Source: a virus (lineage: Duplodnaviria > Caudoviricetes). From it: 58,594 bases of DNA. The stretch covers positions 1 through 58,594 of IMG/VR virus record IMGVR_UViG_3300023174_000190; one strand, 5' to 3'. The notes beneath the pieces were generated by a model. That model was not told where the DNA came from and did no database searches. It saw only the letters and a program-made list of their open reading frames with translations. A program made the translations under genes and the position numbers. Below, in pieces: positions 27,042 through 37,078 of the stretch (positions are counted from its first letter, which is position 1; each line of letters begins with the position of its first letter).

Positions 27042-27491
27042 TTAAGGGCTAATTCCATCATCAGTAGTTTCACGACTTGTATAACCAGTCGATTTTTTGC
27101 CTTCCATAATGATTGTATATGCACAACCACTAGTGAATCCAGCCGTTGATAAAAGAATATCGCCGTTAGCACCAGCGCCAGCATTGTTTGTCAATGGCAT
27201 ACTACCTTCACCAACTAGATTCCAATAGCCAGTCCCACTCAATGTTGTAATTAGAGTGTTTGTAGTTCCACGCCAAAGCAAATTAACTCTAGTATTTGCT
27301 GCTGAAACGTTCCAAAATAACTTAGTGATTGACAATCTTTGTGTAGATGAATCGCCATTCGATGCAACTAATGTATTAGCAGAGATTTTAACTACGTTAG
27401 ACTCTCCAGTTCCATCAGAAATGTTTGTTAATTTAACTGCCCATGCAGAAGCATGGTCTTTCAATACTTGTGTGCTTACTGCATCAGCCAT
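27042..27491 (-). CDS. Conserved hypothetical virion protein
   Basis: MADAVSTQ...KLTNISDGTGES.V.K...GDILLST pattern; lies in the head gene cluster. Confidence 0.7.
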   Translation of the reverse strand: MADAVSTQVLKDHASAWAVKLTNISDGTGESNVVKISANTLVASNGDSSTQRLSITKLFWNVSAANTRVNLLWRGTTNTLITTLSGTGYWNLVGEGSMPLTNNAGAGANGDILLSTAGFTSGCAYTIIMEGKKSTGYTSRETTDDGISP

Positions 27492-27494
27492 TTT

Positions 27495-28418
27495 TTAGTC
27501 TTCCATATGTTTAGCGAATTGTAAAAGATCGTCTGCATCTTCTTCTAATCTATTCATGAACACAATTCTATTTTGCTCATTTAAATCATTATAAACTTTA
27601 TATAGAAGATCAGCATCTGCGCTTTCTTTCATTTTTGCTTTGATTGTGTTATATGCTTTTTGAGCAGCTTCTGGCTTGTTCTTTACCATTGCCGATGCAA
27701 CTGCGTATGGACCGCCTTTGTAAGTGTCGCCAACTTTTTTCTTAGCAAATTCTTTGCCAATTGTATGTGCCATCTTAGTTTGTTGTGGTGTGAAATCTTC
27801 TTCATCTAATTCATTTTGTTCTGGAAGATTTGGCTTAGGATGTCTACCTAACTGTCTTTTAATATCAGCTTTCAATTCAGGAACATTTTTCTTTGCTCTA
27901 TTCTCTTTTCCTTTCTGTGTGCTCAAAAATCTGCCTGCTTTTTTTGGATCAGTTGAGACCAATCCACGCAATGCTAAATTGTCTCCTTCACTAACTTCTT
28001 CAACTTCTTCATTTTGTTTCTTTAGATCCATTTTCAAATGACCAGCATCATGTGCAGCTTTAAGAACTGCATGACGATCTTTATAGCTTCCATTAAATGT
28101 GTCTTTTGTTAGATGGGCTTTGTATTTATTGTGATGCTCAGGTTTAATGTGCTTCAATAAAGCTGCACCTGCAGGATGTAGATTATCTTCAATCGCTTCG
28201 CCGAACGGTTGTTTATTGTCTAAACGATCCGCTGGACGCTTACCAGATGCAGTTTTAATTCCTTTCGGACCCATTTCTTCTGGACCAACATGCTCCAAAT
28301 CGCCCGGATCTTTAGTCTGTGCTAGATATGAAACACCAGAAAGTTTGTTTGCAATACCTTCTTTATATTTCGCACGTTCAACTTCATCTAATTGAATAAA
28401 AGATTTAAAGGTCTTCAT
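27495..28418 (-). CDS. Putative internal head protein
   Basis: N-terminal MKTFKSFIQLDE resembles the T4 capsid-targeting sequence; charged, low complexity; several hydrophobic-x-E sites. Confidence 0.6.
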   Translation of the reverse strand: MKTFKSFIQLDEVERAKYKEGIANKLSGVSYLAQTKDPGDLEHVGPEEMGPKGIKTASGKRPADRLDNKQPFGEAIEDNLHPAGAALLKHIKPEHHNKYKAHLTKDTFNGSYKDRHAVLKAAHDAGHLKMDLKKQNEEVEEVSEGDNLALRGLVSTDPKKAGRFLSTQKGKENRAKKNVPELKADIKRQLGRHPKPNLPEQNELDEEDFTPQQTKMAHTIGKEFAKKKVGDTYKGGPYAVASAMVKNKPEAAQKAYNTIKAKMKESADADLLYKVYNDLNEQNRIVFMNRLEEDADDLLQFAKHMED

Positions 28419-28629
28419 CTACGTTTCCTTCTGAACTAAATTGAAACTCTTGTTGTTGGTCATCTTCGTTTTGTTGTTCTTCATTACCGAAAACTGAACC
28501 TGCTAATTCCATCTTTTTAACTGCTAAAAAATTTGCAACCTTATCAGCTAAAATATCTTCAATGTAACCCTTGAATTCATGAGGCTTTCCCTCTAATGCA
28601 CTATTAATTGCAGATTGAATGTTTTCCAT
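28405..28629 (-). CDS. Small acidic prohead core protein (gp67-like)
   Basis: 74 aa with an acidic tail; first gene after a late promoter in the gp20-gp21 interval. Confidence 0.6.
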   Translation of the reverse strand: MENIQSAINSALEGKPHEFKGYIEDILADKVANFLAVKKMELAGSVFGNEEQQNEDDQQQEFQFSSEGNVDEDL

Positions 28630-28656
28630 AGTATAGCTCCTTTATAGATTTGTTAT

Positions 28657-28664
28657 TATTTATA
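28657..28664 (-). promoter_or_regulatory. Late promoter TATAAATA
   Basis: Exact intergenic motif. Confidence 0.8.
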
Positions 28665-28675
28665 CATTACAAGAT

Positions 28676-29635
28676 TTATGGATTGAAGTATGGCATCAAG
28701 AAATTGGATCCATTGATGTTTATAGAAATAAATCCTGCTGGACCAGACGGCATTACATATGGTCCACTATTAGCGCTGACTGCAATGTGTCCTGACGGAT
28801 TGATTCGAATTCCACCAGCAACAACGACCGCATCATTAGGTCCAACTTTAGAGATGTTATCATCTTTAAATATTAATGTTCTGTGATATTGTTTTAGTTC
28901 TGGAAGTCCAAATGATGCAGTAGAATCAATTGTGGTCGGCTTCATCGACCTTCTAACATTTGGATTCGGTACTACTGCAGTTGTCGTAATGCTTGTCGGC
29001 TGGTCAATCTTTTGATTGAGTTGTGCAGTACCAAACGTGACTGTCGATAGAATACTCGTATCTTCAATCTTTTCATTTAGTTTTGGTAGACCAAACGAAT
29101 TTGTTGTTCCATCAGTAATACTATCTGGATTAATCGTTTGCTTGAACGTATATCCAAAAGTTGTGTATCCAAAACTATTTGTAGAAACAAGACCATCAAA
29201 CTGATCGCTTAAATCTTGAATTGATGTTGTTGCATACGCTTGTAGTGGAGAGTTTTGAACTCTCCAAATTTGTATGTCTTGTGCAAGATTAATCGATAGT
29301 TTTAGAATTGTGGTGCCAAACGTAGCACCAGAATCTAAACTGACTGGCTTGATGCTTAAATTAAGAACATTAGTTCCGAACGAATTTGTTGTTCCAGCAC
29401 TTGTCGGATTGATTGTTAAATTAAGTGCTGTTGTTCCAAATTGATTATTAGAAAATACTCCACTACCAATAGTGACTGCTGGAGCAACACTATTCTGTCC
29501 AACTACAAAAGTTGAAGTTATGGAGTATGCATCAGCACTTATTAAATCTAATAGAGTGGTAGATGAATACGTCTGTATCGTATTACTAGCATATCTCGAT
29601 AAATCTGGATCGAGATATATCACCTGACTAGGCAT
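28676..29635 (-). CDS. Ser/Thr-rich putative structural protein with short repeats
   Basis: Recurring (T/S)xxFGxxxL units (NQFGTTAL, NSFGTNVL, ATFGTTIL, NSFGLPKL, VTFGTAQL, ASFGLPEL). Confidence 0.6.
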   Translation of the reverse strand: MPSQVIYLDPDLSRYASNTIQTYSSTTLLDLISADAYSITSTFVVGQNSVAPAVTIGSGVFSNNQFGTTALNLTINPTSAGTTNSFGTNVLNLSIKPVSLDSGATFGTTILKLSINLAQDIQIWRVQNSPLQAYATTSIQDLSDQFDGLVSTNSFGYTTFGYTFKQTINPDSITDGTTNSFGLPKLNEKIEDTSILSTVTFGTAQLNQKIDQPTSITTTAVVPNPNVRRSMKPTTIDSTASFGLPELKQYHRTLIFKDDNISKVGPNDAVVVAGGIRINPSGHIAVSANSGPYVMPSGPAGFISININGSNFLMPYFNP

Positions 29636-29656
29636 AGTTTATAAAACCAAGTAAAA

Positions 29657-30058
29657 TTACAATGAGAAGATTCTACTTGTTCCGCTAGAAAAGATAACAG
29701 AGATATCACTACCGTTTGGTGTGATTGGTAATCCAGTTGCAGTATCAACATAAGCAATCAATCTTGAAGTAGATTGAACACCAGTGTCTTGGAAGAAAAT
29801 CAATGCTTCACAATTTGATCCAGATACGCTTGTGAATACAGCATCGTCTGCATCAAATACACCGTTAGCAATTGTTTTATTTGCTAATGTTGCTGTAGAA
29901 ACTACTGCAGTATTTGATACTTCGCTTCTATACTGATGTGTATTCGCAAAAGAATAATAAGCAGTATCAACAAGTGCTACAGTAATAGTGTTAGCAAGCA
30001 TGTTGATGCTACCATTTAAAAATGCTTCTTTGCCTTTTAAATAAAGTGCGTTTGACAT
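29657..30058 (-). CDS. Putative virion structural protein
   Basis: MSNALY..GKE.FL.G.I...TITVALVD...FDADD..F...LIAYVD...LPITPNG.DI pattern, seen in phage fibre-associated small proteins. Confidence 0.65.
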   Translation of the reverse strand: MSNALYLKGKEAFLNGSINMLANTITVALVDTAYYSFANTHQYRSEVSNTAVVSTATLANKTIANGVFDADDAVFTSVSGSNCEALIFFQDTGVQSTSRLIAYVDTATGLPITPNGSDISVIFSSGTSRIFSL

Positions 30059-30076
30059 AATAGACTCCGTTTGTAG

Positions 30077-30529
30077 TTATAAAATAATTGGTGAACCGAT
30101 TTGTACTAACATTTTTGTTGAAGTCAATGCGACTCCAATTTTCATTGAAAATGTGGCTTTGTCGATGGTTGATGTTGTTACCAAATCGCCATCCGAACCT
30201 AGATATAAAATTTGATTTGGTGTCCAAGCCCAGTCAGCATTTGATAGTGTTCCAAACGTGACAGTTTTACCAGTAGCATCAATAATGCCTGCAACTTTAT
30301 TTACATGAGATATATTCGTGGCAGACGCTAATGTTGTTTCGGAGTTAGTATTCAATGAAACGACTTTAAACGAATTTACACTATTCGTTATAGTAGTTGT
30401 TAGTGATTCTGATGATCCACCGCCACCCCCGCTACCAGAGTTTGCAGTCGATTGCGTGGTTCCATCTGGGAATGTGATGAACCCATTTCGACCTAATCGT
30501 AGGCCTTGCTTTAACTTAAAATCCGACAT
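30077..30529 (-). CDS. Putative capsid-fibre/decoration-like protein
   Basis: FPDGTTQSTA motif, Gly linker, and a C-terminal ...LYLGSDG.L...IGVAL domain. Confidence 0.5.
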   Translation of the reverse strand: MSDFKLKQGLRLGRNGFITFPDGTTQSTANSGSGGGGGSSESLTTTITNSVNSFKVVSLNTNSETTLASATNISHVNKVAGIIDATGKTVTFGTLSNADWAWTPNQILYLGSDGDLVTTSTIDKATFSMKIGVALTSTKMLVQIGSPIIL

Positions 30530-30604
30530 TAACCAACTACCCCGTCCCGTTAGAAACTAACTCAGAGGTTGGTCATGCTTTTACACATGACCAATCTTTA
30601 CGCT

Positions 30605-33067
30605 TTACACCGTGCTATATGTAGCTCCAGTGATTTTCACCTTTACAGTATTTCCAGCTGTTGCTTGTGCAAGCAATCTAACATTATTTCCACTAACATC
30701 AGTTGTAAAGTCTACCAAGTCATCATTTGAATTTGTAGAAATAATTGCGAACTGAGTATTGTAAGCGGAACTTCCGTTGTGAATAACAAGAATTCTTCCT
30801 GTAACATAATGTGTTGTTCCAGATGTTACTGTTGCTGTGTATGTATATTCAGCAGAACGATAAACTAATCTAGAGAATGAATCGATTAGAACTGATGATG
30901 CGCTTGTTACACCAGTGATTTCAGTTTCTGTACTTCCTGCACCAGTAATTGTAATCGTGTTTGCATCAGTTTGAGTAACAGAAACTGTACCAGCACCAAC
31001 GAATGTGATATCATCGGTAGGTCCAAGACTATCAGTTAGTCTAATCTTTGCGCTTGTTGAAGAAACTGCAACTGCGCTAATATCATATGTGTTGACATTA
31101 TATTCTGATGGAATTGGAATATTGTAATATGTTGTTCCATCATTAGTGAATGTCCATCTATCTGTGGACTCTTTCCATATTAATCTAACGTTTTGTGCAG
31201 TTCCGCGCTCAACTTCAAGACCAGAATCTTGTGTTGGGGTGCCTGTCTCATTAGCATTAAGAATTAGAATCGTATTGCCAATGTTTACGTTAGCTGTTTG
31301 TACAGAAGTTGTAGTACCAGTAACATATAGATTTCCACTAACAATCGCATTACCATTAATTGCAATGTTTGCAGATGTAATATCATTGGAGTTTAGAGTT
31401 CCATTAATAGTTACATCATTAAATGTGACGTTAGCAGTATTCGAAACGTTCTGTCCAATAGAGATTATCGTATTGCCGGAAACCCCATTACCATTTGTAA
31501 CGGTGACACCAGTCCCAGCAGTAAACGTTCTATTTGCAACAGTTGTCGCTGAAGTCTTTACAAGATAACCATTTGCTGATAATGTGATTGCATTTAGTGA
31601 ACCATCATAGCCTTGAACGTCAGTTCCAATTGTTAATCCAAGATTTGTTCTTGCATCAAACGGAGTGTCTGCACCAGTACCACCATCAGCAACTGCTAGA
31701 TTTGTGATACCAGTAATCGAACCGCCAGTAATTGTTACTGAGTTGGAGTTTTGTGTAGAAAGTGTTCCTAGACCAAATGAGGATCTTGCAACTGTAGCAT
31801 TAGCTGACGCTATGAAATCTCTACCAAATGATGTAATTGTTGTTACATCAGCAGTGTTTGATGATGTAAAGTATGGTAGCTTATTAGTATCAGCAGCAAC
31901 AGTAGCAAGTGCGCTTAGTTGTTCGTCGTATGCTTGAACATCAGTTCCAATAACTAGACCAAGATTTGTTCTTGCTCCAGCCGCTGTAGAAGCACCAGTA
32001 CCACCATCAGCAATTGCTAGATCGGTGATTCCTGTAATTGATCCACCAGTAATGTTGACGTTATTATTAGCTTGAGTCGCCATTCCTCCAAGACCAAGAG
32101 CTGTTCTAGCAGCTGTTGAACTTGCGGTAGCAACTAATGAACGACCATATGTGGTGAATGTAGTAACAGCAAGCGTGTTTGCTGAACTAAAGTATGGTAA
32201 TTGATCTGTTCCAGATGATAGATTTGAAACGGAATCGAGTGTTGGACTATACGCTTGAACATCTGTACCAATTACAAGACCTAGATTTGTTCTTGCTTGC
32301 GCTGCAGTAGAAGCACCAGTACCACCATCTGCTACCGCTAAGTCAACGATACCTGTGATAGAACCACCAGTGATGTTAACGTCAGTATTTGACTGAGTAG
32401 CAATAGTTCCAAGTGCTAGTACGGTTCTAGCTGCGCTTGCTGTTGAAGCGCCAACTAAGTTTCTACCAAATCCAGTAAATGTTGTTACTGTTAGAGTATT
32501 AGCACCATTGAAGTATGGCAATCTATCAGCAGCGGTAGATAGACCAGAAGCTGATGTTAGAATTGGATGATATGCTTGAACATCGGTTCCAATAGCAACA
32601 CCGAGATTTGTTCTTGCATCGGATGCGTTTGATGCTCCAGTACCACCGTCTACAACTGCAAGATCGGTGATTCCAGAAATCGAACCACCAGTGATATAAA
32701 CGTTAGAAGATTCTTGTGTAGAAATCGACCCAAGACCTAATGTCGTTCTTGCATTTGATGCGCTTGTTTGTGCTAGAAGAGTTCTTGCATATGACGTTAC
32801 AGTCGAAGTTGTTACTGTATTCGCACTATTAAAGTAAATAAATTTATCGGCACCAGCAGACCCAAGAGTCGCAATCGAAGTTAGCGTATCATCATAGGGC
32901 TGAACATCAGTACCAATTGCAAGACCTAGGTTTGTTCTTGCTTGAGAGGCAGTTGTTGCACCAGTACCACCATAAGCAATCGTAATGGTATTACCTGTCC
33001 AACTACCAGACGAGTTAACAACGTCAACGCTATTAACCTTTAAACCACCTTTGACTTTAAATGTCAT
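30605..33067 (-). CDS. Fibre protein with about five 107-aa repeats
   Basis: GGTGAxxAxxARTNLGLxIGTDVQxY occurs five times; SGLEVERG domain; C-terminal IDSF...YRSAEY domain. Confidence 0.8.
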   Translation of the reverse strand: MTFKVKGGLKVNSVDVVNSSGSWTGNTITIAYGGTGATTASQARTNLGLAIGTDVQPYDDTLTSIATLGSAGADKFIYFNSANTVTTSTVTSYARTLLAQTSASNARTTLGLGSISTQESSNVYITGGSISGITDLAVVDGGTGASNASDARTNLGVAIGTDVQAYHPILTSASGLSTAADRLPYFNGANTLTVTTFTGFGRNLVGASTASAARTVLALGTIATQSNTDVNITGGSITGIVDLAVADGGTGASTAAQARTNLGLVIGTDVQAYSPTLDSVSNLSSGTDQLPYFSSANTLAVTTFTTYGRSLVATASSTAARTALGLGGMATQANNNVNITGGSITGITDLAIADGGTGASTAAGARTNLGLVIGTDVQAYDEQLSALATVAADTNKLPYFTSSNTADVTTITSFGRDFIASANATVARSSFGLGTLSTQNSNSVTITGGSITGITNLAVADGGTGADTPFDARTNLGLTIGTDVQGYDGSLNAITLSANGYLVKTSATTVANRTFTAGTGVTVTNGNGVSGNTIISIGQNVSNTANVTFNDVTINGTLNSNDITSANIAINGNAIVSGNLYVTGTTTSVQTANVNIGNTILILNANETGTPTQDSGLEVERGTAQNVRLIWKESTDRWTFTNDGTTYYNIPIPSEYNVNTYDISAVAVSSTSAKIRLTDSLGPTDDITFVGAGTVSVTQTDANTITITGAGSTETEITGVTSASSVLIDSFSRLVYRSAEYTYTATVTSGTTHYVTGRILVIHNGSSAYNTQFAIISTNSNDDLVDFTTDVSGNNVRLLAQATAGNTVKVKITGATYSTV
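31600..32975 (-). repeat. Intragenic tandem repeat, period about 321 bp
   Basis: CCAGTACCACC recurs at about 31674, 31995, 32316, 32637 and 32961. Confidence 0.85.
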
Positions 33068-33115
33068 ATTAATCTCTCCTAATTATTTGATTTTTTAAAT
33101 CTCTGACTATTTAGC

Positions 33116-35386
33116 TTAAATCATTCTTCTAAACTTAAAACTGTATAAAACTGCTGCCGTACAATTTACTGTGCCGGCAATTTGAAGTTTTAAATCATTT
33201 GTATCAGCGTGAAGGGTTCTTTGTACTCTAAGGAACAATGCACCAGATCCTGGGCCTTGTCCAGCTCTATGTAAAACAATCTCATCAAAAATTGTAGAAT
33301 TAGTATCTGATGAATACCAAGACATTAATCCAGTATAGTATTCGTTAATGTGCCCACCGCCGACTATGTTATCATTTGCTTTAATTTGTACAAGATAAGA
33401 TCCAGTTGGTAATGCTGTAGAATGAATTGGAGTATCTTGCCAATCGTCTGTGATTTGGAGAATTGCATTCAATTCATAAATCTGGTCAACGTTTGTACCA
33501 GAAGTCATTACTAATCCACCATGAGTAATGGTATTGAAAGTAACGTCTGCAGTTGTATTTAGATCCTGATCGTATGTGGCTCCTCCACCACCTCCACCAG
33601 TATTGACAAAGGTAATAGACTTTGGATTTGTATTTGCATTAGTTAAAATTGATATACCAGATCCAGCAACGAATCGAATTGTGTCTAATCCATTAGCAAC
33701 AAGATCATTTTGACCATTAACTTTCCATGTTTTGAAAGTTGAATTCATCTTAATACTTGCAAGTCCATTACCTAGACCAACAACATCAAATCCAGAATTT
33801 GTGTCAAATCTTAAAGCTGTTACATTGTTTACTGTGTTTGAAATGTTTCCGTCATCATCAATTAGACCAGTAGTGATACCAACCCATGCTGTATTTTGTA
33901 GAGTTCCGTTTGGAAATACAATGCTATTTGATGTATTGAAAGACCAAATACTATTCGCACTCTTTAATCTTATTGCATCAGTATTTGAAACAAGTGTTGT
34001 GCTATCAAAAGCAATGTTTCCTGTAGTAGAAACATTATTTCCAGAAATTGTAATTGGCTGAGAAAAATTAAGTTCGCCAGATTCATTGACAGATATCTGA
34101 ACATTACCAACATTTAAAGATGGTATGACTAAAGAGTTATTGCTACTAGATAACTGTACTCCGCCAAGATTTAATGTATTTCCGCTTAAATATAAATCTC
34201 TAAATCTTAATGATGGTGAACCTAGATCGTATGCTACGTTAGCAGTTGGGATTATGTGTCTAGTATTTGTATTTCCAGTTAATGTTATACCAGCAAATGT
34301 GACTGTATTTGATGTGTTAAGATTTTGATTATATGTTACTGAAGTATTTGCTTTAGCGAATGCTGAGTTAGCTGTAGAGAATGCGCTGTTGGCTTGTGAG
34401 TATGCTAAGTTTGCTGTGTACCATGCAGAGTTTGCTCTTGCTCTTGCTAGAGTATCTACTGTACCGCCACCACCGCCAGTCTGTTCTACGAATACAAATT
34501 TTTGTGTTGCTTCATCATACGATAAAACATAAGCATCTTGAATGCTATCTCTATCAACGTCATCTAAGTAACGTAGATTGACTTCACCACCACCATGAGA
34601 TCCGCCACCGAATCCTTGACCAATGATTGCATTGACTTTATTTTTGTATTGATTTACATCTTGTAGTAAAAACTCTTTAAACTTGTTGACTTGCTCTTCT
34701 ACTACTCTTACATCAGCATCTTGACCTGGATCGCCTTTCTCACCTTGTGGACCTTGTTCTCCTTGAGGCCCTGGCGCACCTGCTGGTCCAATGTCACCCT
34801 TTTCACCCTTTGCTCCTTGTGCGCCAGGCTTTCCATCTTTACCATCTAAACCATTTCGACCGTCAATTCCATCTCGACCATCTATACCGTCACGACCTGG
34901 AAGACCATTGATGCCGTCAATACCATCTTTACCTGCTTGACCTTCTTTGCCATCTACTCCAGCAGGACCTTGAATACCTTGCTCACCTTGTATTCCTTGC
35001 TCGCCACGATCACCTTTGTCGCCCTTGTCGCCTTTCTCACCGCGCTCGCCTTTAGGACCAGTCGCGCCCATGTATCCTTGAGGACCAACTTCACCAGTGT
35101 CGCCCTTTTCACCTTGTGGACCTTGTTCGCCAGTGTCGCCCTTTGGACCAACTGGACCTTGAGCACCAGTCTGACCAATGAATCCACGAGGACCAACGAT
35201 ACCTCGTTCTCCTTGTGGGCCTTCGACATATTCAACGAGAGTTTTCTGTTCGCTACTTTGTTCTTTAATGAAATTAAAAAGTTCTTTCTTTAATTTCTCA
35301 ATTTCTTTTTTAGTATAGGCAACTGATGTTGCAACAGAAAGTGCTTCGCTAATAATATCTTTTTGCGAATTACTCTTTGTTGTCAC
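33116..35386 (-). CDS. Collagen-like (Gly-X-Y) fibre protein
   Basis: Uninterrupted Gly-X-Y run of about 170 aa (about 34720-35220), then GGGEVNLRYLDDV and YDLGSPSLRFRDLYLSG fibre motifs. Confidence 0.9.
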   Translation of the reverse strand: MTTKSNSQKDIISEALSVATSVAYTKKEIEKLKKELFNFIKEQSSEQKTLVEYVEGPQGERGIVGPRGFIGQTGAQGPVGPKGDTGEQGPQGEKGDTGEVGPQGYMGATGPKGERGEKGDKGDKGDRGEQGIQGEQGIQGPAGVDGKEGQAGKDGIDGINGLPGRDGIDGRDGIDGRNGLDGKDGKPGAQGAKGEKGDIGPAGAPGPQGEQGPQGEKGDPGQDADVRVVEEQVNKFKEFLLQDVNQYKNKVNAIIGQGFGGGSHGGGEVNLRYLDDVDRDSIQDAYVLSYDEATQKFVFVEQTGGGGGTVDTLARARANSAWYTANLAYSQANSAFSTANSAFAKANTSVTYNQNLNTSNTVTFAGITLTGNTNTRHIIPTANVAYDLGSPSLRFRDLYLSGNTLNLGGVQLSSSNNSLVIPSLNVGNVQISVNESGELNFSQPITISGNNVSTTGNIAFDSTTLVSNTDAIRLKSANSIWSFNTSNSIVFPNGTLQNTAWVGITTGLIDDDGNISNTVNNVTALRFDTNSGFDVVGLGNGLASIKMNSTFKTWKVNGQNDLVANGLDTIRFVAGSGISILTNANTNPKSITFVNTGGGGGGATYDQDLNTTADVTFNTITHGGLVMTSGTNVDQIYELNAILQITDDWQDTPIHSTALPTGSYLVQIKANDNIVGGGHINEYYTGLMSWYSSDTNSTIFDEIVLHRAGQGPGSGALFLRVQRTLHADTNDLKLQIAGTVNCTAAVLYSFKFRRMI

Positions 35387-37037
35387 CCTTTGCCTCTTCG
35401 ACTAAAGTATCAAAAAATCTTGTCATTGATTTTGATAGTTCTTTTTGATCAGAATCATCAAAATCTCTTTCATACTCTTCGCCTTTTACTTTAATATTGA
35501 CTTGATGTGATGTTGGTGCTGGAGGTGGCGCTTCTTGTTGTGCTTGCTCTTCTTCTGGAGGAGCATTCTCTTCTTGTTGCGCAGCTTCTTCTTCCATCTC
35601 TTTATCTAGTTCTTTAATATCTTCTTCGCTCTGTTGTAGAACTTTATTACGAATATGACGAACAGAGAAATACTTTCCAACAAATGGATCGATTGCTTCT
35701 AACAAGCCAAGTCTTTCTTTTAGAATCTCAGCATCTTTAAGTTCTGCAAAATGCAAATCAGATTGATAATCATAAGAAATTTCTTCTTTCATTTGTTGCC
35801 ACTCTTTACGAGTACAAATACCTTTTAGCAACAATTGAGTTTCTAATAACTTGTCAAATAAATGTGAAAATCTTAAACGTAGACGATTGACGAATTTTGA
35901 AAACTTTAATTCATCTCTAGTGATTTCCGATGCTCTACCCAAAGAGAATCCATTCTCAGAATCCAGTCTTGTGATTGGAACGTTTAATGACTTGAATACT
36001 TTCTTTTGAAAATATAAAACATCATCAATCTCTCCTAGATTTTGACCACCCTGAAGAGTTGTGATTTCAGTTCCTTTGCCACCTTCTCTTCTTGGCAACC
36101 AGAAGTCTTCAAGCATAGTTTGGAATCTTCTATCGTCGCGAATCTCTCCAGTCTGTGCATCATATACAATCTTGTTCTTATATCTTTGCATAATATCGCG
36201 AAGATATTGTTCAGCTTTCATCTTTGGTAAATTACCAACGTCAATATAGAAAATTCTACGTTCTGGGGCTCTTGAAATTCTATAGATGACTGTTGCATCT
36301 TCAAGCATACGCAATTGATTTAGTGGCTTGATTGCTTTATGCAAATGTGAAATAATCACTTTGCCATCTTTGTCTGTGATTCCAGAGTTTATGTAACAGA
36401 TAGCGTCTGCAGCAATCTTAATGCCTTGAGATCCATCTCTAGCAAAACCTTTGTCTGAGTAAATAAAGTAATCGACATAGTTTTGTGAAGGAAGTGCATT
36501 TGCATTTATTTGAGTTTTATCTCTCTTCTGTTCTCTAACTTTACGAATCTTTCTTGGATCCACATAGCGAACTTCCTTTAATCCACTTCTTGGATTCTTT
36601 TCATCAATGACCATGTGATAGTAAAGTCTACCATCAACATACCATCTACGAAAAATATCATAGCCTTGATTATTAAAATCTAAAAGTTTCATAATGAAAT
36701 GATATTCATCACGAATTTTCTTTTTAATCGATTCTGGTTGTTCAAGTTTATCTAGTACAATTTGAACTGGATAATCACCATCTTCAAAAACTAAAGATTC
36801 GTTTACAATGTCTTCAATCGCAGCATCGCATTCTGGCTGAAGTGCCATTTCACGATATTTTTTAATTAAATCAGCATCAGATCTAATCTGACCTTCTAAA
36901 TCAATGTATGTACCGTATACTCCACCGCCAGCTATCGATACTGATGCATCATCATCATTAGCTGGAACGAATGATTTTAATTTCTCTGATTCGGCTTCTT
37001 CTTTGCCGATCTTATACCCGAAAAGTTTTATGGCCAT
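35370..37037 (-). CDS. gp20: Portal vertex protein
   Basis: YREMALQPECDAAIEDIVNE, RWYVDGR, IYRISRAPERRIFYIDVGNLP and EDFWLPRREGGKGTEI motifs. Confidence 0.98.
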   Translation of the reverse strand: MAIKLFGYKIGKEEAESEKLKSFVPANDDDASVSIAGGGVYGTYIDLEGQIRSDADLIKKYREMALQPECDAAIEDIVNESLVFEDGDYPVQIVLDKLEQPESIKKKIRDEYHFIMKLLDFNNQGYDIFRRWYVDGRLYYHMVIDEKNPRSGLKEVRYVDPRKIRKVREQKRDKTQINANALPSQNYVDYFIYSDKGFARDGSQGIKIAADAICYINSGITDKDGKVIISHLHKAIKPLNQLRMLEDATVIYRISRAPERRIFYIDVGNLPKMKAEQYLRDIMQRYKNKIVYDAQTGEIRDDRRFQTMLEDFWLPRREGGKGTEITTLQGGQNLGEIDDVLYFQKKVFKSLNVPITRLDSENGFSLGRASEITRDELKFSKFVNRLRLRFSHLFDKLLETQLLLKGICTRKEWQQMKEEISYDYQSDLHFAELKDAEILKERLGLLEAIDPFVGKYFSVRHIRNKVLQQSEEDIKELDKEMEEEAAQQEENAPPEEEQAQQEAPPPAPTSHQVNIKVKGEEYERDFDDSDQKELSKSMTRFFDTLVEEAKGDNKE

Positions 37038-37058
37038 TTTTTATTCCTAAAAAACGAA

Positions 37059-37078
37059 TGGGGGCATAATAGCCCCCA
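37059..37078 (-). terminator. Hairpin between gp19 and gp20
   Basis: TGGGGGC/GCCCCCA stem, identical to the stem at 3702-3721, followed by TTCGTTTTTT on the minus strand. Confidence 0.6.

Noticed and set aside
31600-35220. CRISPR-like array
   Set aside because: The repeats are in-frame coding repeats (fibre modules, Gly-X-Y) with no repeat-spacer structure.
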